The translations under genes were made by a program, and so were the position numbers. From Methanothermococcus sp. SCGC AD-155-E23 (GTDB taxonomy: Archaea; AGJL01; Methanococci; Methanococcales; Methanococcaceae): 23,847 nt of DNA. The stretch lies in contig JAHEQA010000017.1 of NCBI GenBank assembly GCA_019561615.1, positions 1 through 23,847 on the forward strand. The letters are read 5' to 3'. Position 1 is the first letter of the stretch; every line of letters begins with the position of its first letter. Of the stretch, positions 20,856 to 23,847 are shown in pieces. Under the pieces are notes generated by a model. It saw nothing but the letters and a program-made list of their open reading frames with translations, did not search any database and was not told the DNA's origin.

Positions 20856-20888
20856 CTAGTACTGAAATCGTACATTCATGGTGATTCT

Positions 20889-21926
20889 ATGAAGGTTTCC
20901 ATATATGGTGCTGGTAACCAGGACTTTTATCTCAATGAACTCAGGGTTCTAGAGCTCTTCGGAGGAGAACCACCATACGGTGGAAGTAGGATGGCTATAG
21001 AGTTTGCGGAAGCAGGTCACGATGTAGTACTCTCAGAACCTCATAGAGAGGTACTAAGTGAAGAGATGTGGGATAAAGTTGAGGAGGCTGGGGTTAAGAT
21101 TACTACCGACGATCTAGAGGCTGCAAGACATGGAGAGATACATATCCTCTACACACCTACAATTAAAACCCTAGAGGTAGCTAAGAAGATAGTGAGACAC
21201 CTACCTAAGGATGCAGTGCTCCTAACTACCTGTACCATATGTCCAGTGGTGCCTTACCATCATCTCAAGTACGAGTTAAGGGAGAGGAAGGATATTGGTA
21301 TTTCTGCATTTCACCCTGCAGCAGTTCCAGGTACACCTCAACATGATAGTTATATCATAGGGGGGAAATCCCTTGACGGAAAGGACTACTTAACAGAGGA
21401 ACAGTTGAAGAAGTGTATTGAATTGGCAGAGAGTGTTAATAAAAAGGTTTACATAATACCTATAGGGGCTATATGTCCTACAGCAAATAGAGGAGCTGCT
21501 CTAATAGCTGCTATAGTACTTGCAGGGATCTTAGAGTACTATATACTTGGTAACACCGTTGTAAAGATTCCAAAGGAAATGATGGAAAAGGATGTATTCA
21601 TGGCACTTCAGACCTTGGCCTCCATAGTGGAGAGTTCAGGTATTGAGGGCCTCTTTAAGGTTCTCAACGTAGAGTTGGTCACAAAGAGTGCCTCCTCCCT
21701 ATATCTAACAGAGGATCAGAAAGTCTTAAGGGCTGCATTGGAGAGGCTCAAAAATGTGGATGAGGAGTTACTAGAAAAATTCAAGAAGGCCAAGATAAAT
21801 CCAACGACACTGGTAGCTGCTCAGGAACTTGTAAAGGAGCTTAAAACTATTATTGGAGGAAAGGCAGTAGAGGGAAGTATAGAAAGAAGTATGAAAAAAC
21901 TCTTTATGAAGCACTCCTCCTGCTAA
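20889..21926 (+). CDS. H2-forming methylene-H4MPT dehydrogenase-related protein (HmdII/HmdIII-type paralog)
   Basis: N-terminus MKVSIYGAGNQ..GGEPPYGGSRMAIEFAEAGHDV plus TCT and FHPAAVPGTP are typical of Hmd paralogs rather than Hmd itself. GGTGA RBS. Confidence 0.88.
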   Translation: MKVSIYGAGNQDFYLNELRVLELFGGEPPYGGSRMAIEFAEAGHDVVLSEPHREVLSEEMWDKVEEAGVKITTDDLEAARHGEIHILYTPTIKTLEVAKKIVRHLPKDAVLLTTCTICPVVPYHHLKYELRERKDIGISAFHPAAVPGTPQHDSYIIGGKSLDGKDYLTEEQLKKCIELAESVNKKVYIIPIGAICPTANRGAALIAAIVLAGILEYYILGNTVVKIPKEMMEKDVFMALQTLASIVESSGIEGLFKVLNVELVTKSASSLYLTEDQKVLRAALERLKNVDEELLEKFKKAKINPTTLVAAQELVKELKTIIGGKAVEGSIERSMKKLFMKHSSC

Positions 21927-22324
21927 ACTCTTTTTTCTTTCAACTCCTCTAACACCTTATCAAGATCCACCTCTATAGGAGGTGCCAGTTTAATTACCTC
22001 CTCCTTCTCCCCACTATACCTTGGTATAATATGGAAGTGTAGATGAGGTACCTCCTGGCCAGCGGCAGGTTTGTTGTTACTTAGTATGTTGTAGCCGTCG
22101 AAATTTAGGGGCTTTAATATTTCCAACACCTTCTTAATAGTCCTAATTAGGTGAAGGGCAACATCCTCTGGTACCTCTTCAAAGGTCTCATAGTGCTCCT
22201 TGGGTATAACCAGGGTATGACCCTTACTTCTAGGATTTATATCCAGAAATGCCATGGTCTTTTCATCCTCGTATACTATCTTTGCAGGTATCTCCTTCTT
22301 GACGATCTTACAGAAGATGCACAT
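21923..22324 (-). CDS. HIT (histidine triad) family hydrolase
   Basis: MCIFCKI, FLDINP..GHTLVIPK and AGQEVPHLHFHIIPR. Confidence 0.95.
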   Translation of the reverse strand: MCIFCKIVKKEIPAKIVYEDEKTMAFLDINPRSKGHTLVIPKEHYETFEEVPEDVALHLIRTIKKVLEILKPLNFDGYNILSNNKPAAGQEVPHLHFHIIPRYSGEKEEVIKLAPPIEVDLDKVLEELKEKRV

Positions 22325-22328
22325 GTTA

Positions 22329-23087
22329 TCACCTCAACTTCTCCCTTCCTCCTCTTTTTACAGCATCCCTTATATCCTCCATAATAGTGGGATCACCCTC
22401 TACAACAGTACCTGTTACAATAGCATCTGCTCCACTTACTACCTTCCTGTAGGCAACCTCTGGAGTTCTTATACCCCCTCCCACTATAATGTTGATACCA
22501 CTTATCTCCTTGGAAATCCTTATCATCTCGTCACTTACAGGGTACTCTGCACCACTGCCAGCCTCCAGGTAGGCCCATCTCATTCCAAAGTATCTTGCAG
22601 AGAGGCAGTACATGGCAGCTATCTCAGGTTTTCTCTGAGGTATCTCCTTTACCTCTCCAACAAAACCCACTGCAGTCCTCCCAACAGGTTCAACACCTAG
22701 GTAGGCCATAGGTATAGGCTCTAGGGAGTACCTCTTAATGGTGAGGGAACCTAAGGTAGGTGCCAAGGTTGTCCAGTAGGTGTTACTGGAGTTCATAAGG
22801 GACATAAAGAATACAGCGTCTGCATAGGGTGTCAACCCATCTACATTTCCTGGAAAGAGTATAACAGGAATGTCCTTGACTATCTTTTTAATCTCCCTTG
22901 TAACCTGGTCTAAGTTGGAGACGCCGATACTCCCCCCAACTATTACAGCATCTGCATAGTCCCCTACCCTCTCTACCACCTGGGAGATATCCCTATCTCC
23001 AGGGTCTACAAGTACAAAGTAGAGGGCACCTTCACTTTCCAGGATACTGTAAAGTCTCCTCTCCACCTTCCCAATGGAGATCTCCAT
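22329..23087 (-). CDS. Geranylgeranylglyceryl phosphate synthase
   Basis: LVDP, VGGS, ILFPG, FMSLMNS, YLEAGSGA and IVGGGIR motifs. Confidence 0.92.
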   Translation of the reverse strand: MEISIGKVERRLYSILESEGALYFVLVDPGDRDISQVVERVGDYADAVIVGGSIGVSNLDQVTREIKKIVKDIPVILFPGNVDGLTPYADAVFFMSLMNSSNTYWTTLAPTLGSLTIKRYSLEPIPMAYLGVEPVGRTAVGFVGEVKEIPQRKPEIAAMYCLSARYFGMRWAYLEAGSGAEYPVSDEMIRISKEISGINIIVGGGIRTPEVAYRKVVSGADAIVTGTVVEGDPTIMEDIRDAVKRGGREKLR

Positions 23088-23096
23088 TATAACACC

Positions 23097-23846
23097 TTAC
23101 TTCTCTATTATAGTCTCCTCTATAGCCATTCCAAAGTGTCTTGCATTCTCATCGAATTTTACAAGTACCTTATCCCCCTCCTTGAGATCCACCACAGAGA
23201 TAGGTTTCCCATCCTCTCCAACTAACCTTATAGTCTCTGCATTCTGGAGGATAGTCCTGAGGATATCTCCCTTATACTCCGCCTCAACAAGTATCAGGGG
23301 CCTCCTCTCTATCTTCACCCTGCCAACTACAGCCTCTCTAGCCCTTCCATCTTTATTCACTATTAAGACCTTATCTCCAGCCTTCAACTCACTGAGGTAC
23401 TTTGTCTTATTACCTGGACAGAGGATATAGGCATGAACAGGACCTGCATTTACCCTGAAAGGTCTTGTGGCAACGTAGGGATTCTCTACAGTCTCCCCGT
23501 GCACTAGGAATAAACCCCTGGAGTAGGATCCAACTAACATCCCCTCTCCCTCCTCCATCATACTGCAGGTATCTACACATACCCTATCTCCACTACCAAC
23601 AGGCTCCACCTTCCTTACAGTGGCGTAGTCTAACTTTATCTTCTGGGCATTCATCTCCTCTATTAACTTTGAAAACCTCTTAATCTCGTTGGTATCCCTG
23701 GGACGTAGTAGGGTACCATCTACCCCCTTCTCCAGTATCTCGTATGCAGTTCTTCCCTCCTCCACATCATCTATAACAGCTACTATCTTTACATTACTAT
23801 CTGCAAGTGCTGCTATAAGGTTTTCCAGTGGAATGACAGTCCAATC
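23097..23846 (-). CDS. aroB': 3-dehydroquinate synthase II (5' end beyond the window)
   Basis: Frame is open to the window edge with DWTVIPLENLIA; also GDRVCVDTCS, RPFRVNAG, LQNAETIRL and RHFG. Confidence 0.94.
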   Translation of the reverse strand, partial: DWTVIPLENLIAALADSNVKIVAVIDDVEEGRTAYEILEKGVDGTLLRPRDTNEIKRFSKLIEEMNAQKIKLDYATVRKVEPVGSGDRVCVDTCSMMEEGEGMLVGSYSRGLFLVHGETVENPYVATRPFRVNAGPVHAYILCPGNKTKYLSELKAGDKVLIVNKDGRAREAVVGRVKIERRPLILVEAEYKGDILRTILQNAETIRLVGEDGKPISVVDLKEGDKVLVKFDENARHFGMAIEETIIEK

Positions 23847-23847
23847 C

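Overview
Archaeal window, very likely a thermophilic Methanococcales methanogen. Support: SepRS, MptA, ADH synthase/DHQ synthase II, an Hmd paralog, GGGP synthase, aIF2-gamma and GGTGA/GGAGG ribosome-binding sites. Most of the window is housekeeping genes. Four things stand out. (1) An ~8.3 kb cluster (6027-14321) of uncharacterised, sequon-rich secreted or membrane proteins: a C-terminally anchored 604-aa protein, a 1299-aa adhesin-like protein, two small membrane proteins, and an apparent paralog of the 604-aa protein fused via a TM helix to a degenerate PIN-like domain and split by one in-frame TAA. This is the best candidate for an undescribed surface assembly/sensing system. (2) A GC-rich, modular repeat/palindrome element (15763-16143) between two convergent genes. 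(3) tpiA has no canonical start codon: ATC sits where ATG is expected. (4) Shikimate kinase is cut just before its GHMP motif and fused to a foreign tail. All family assignments come from motif recognition by eye; no searches were run.
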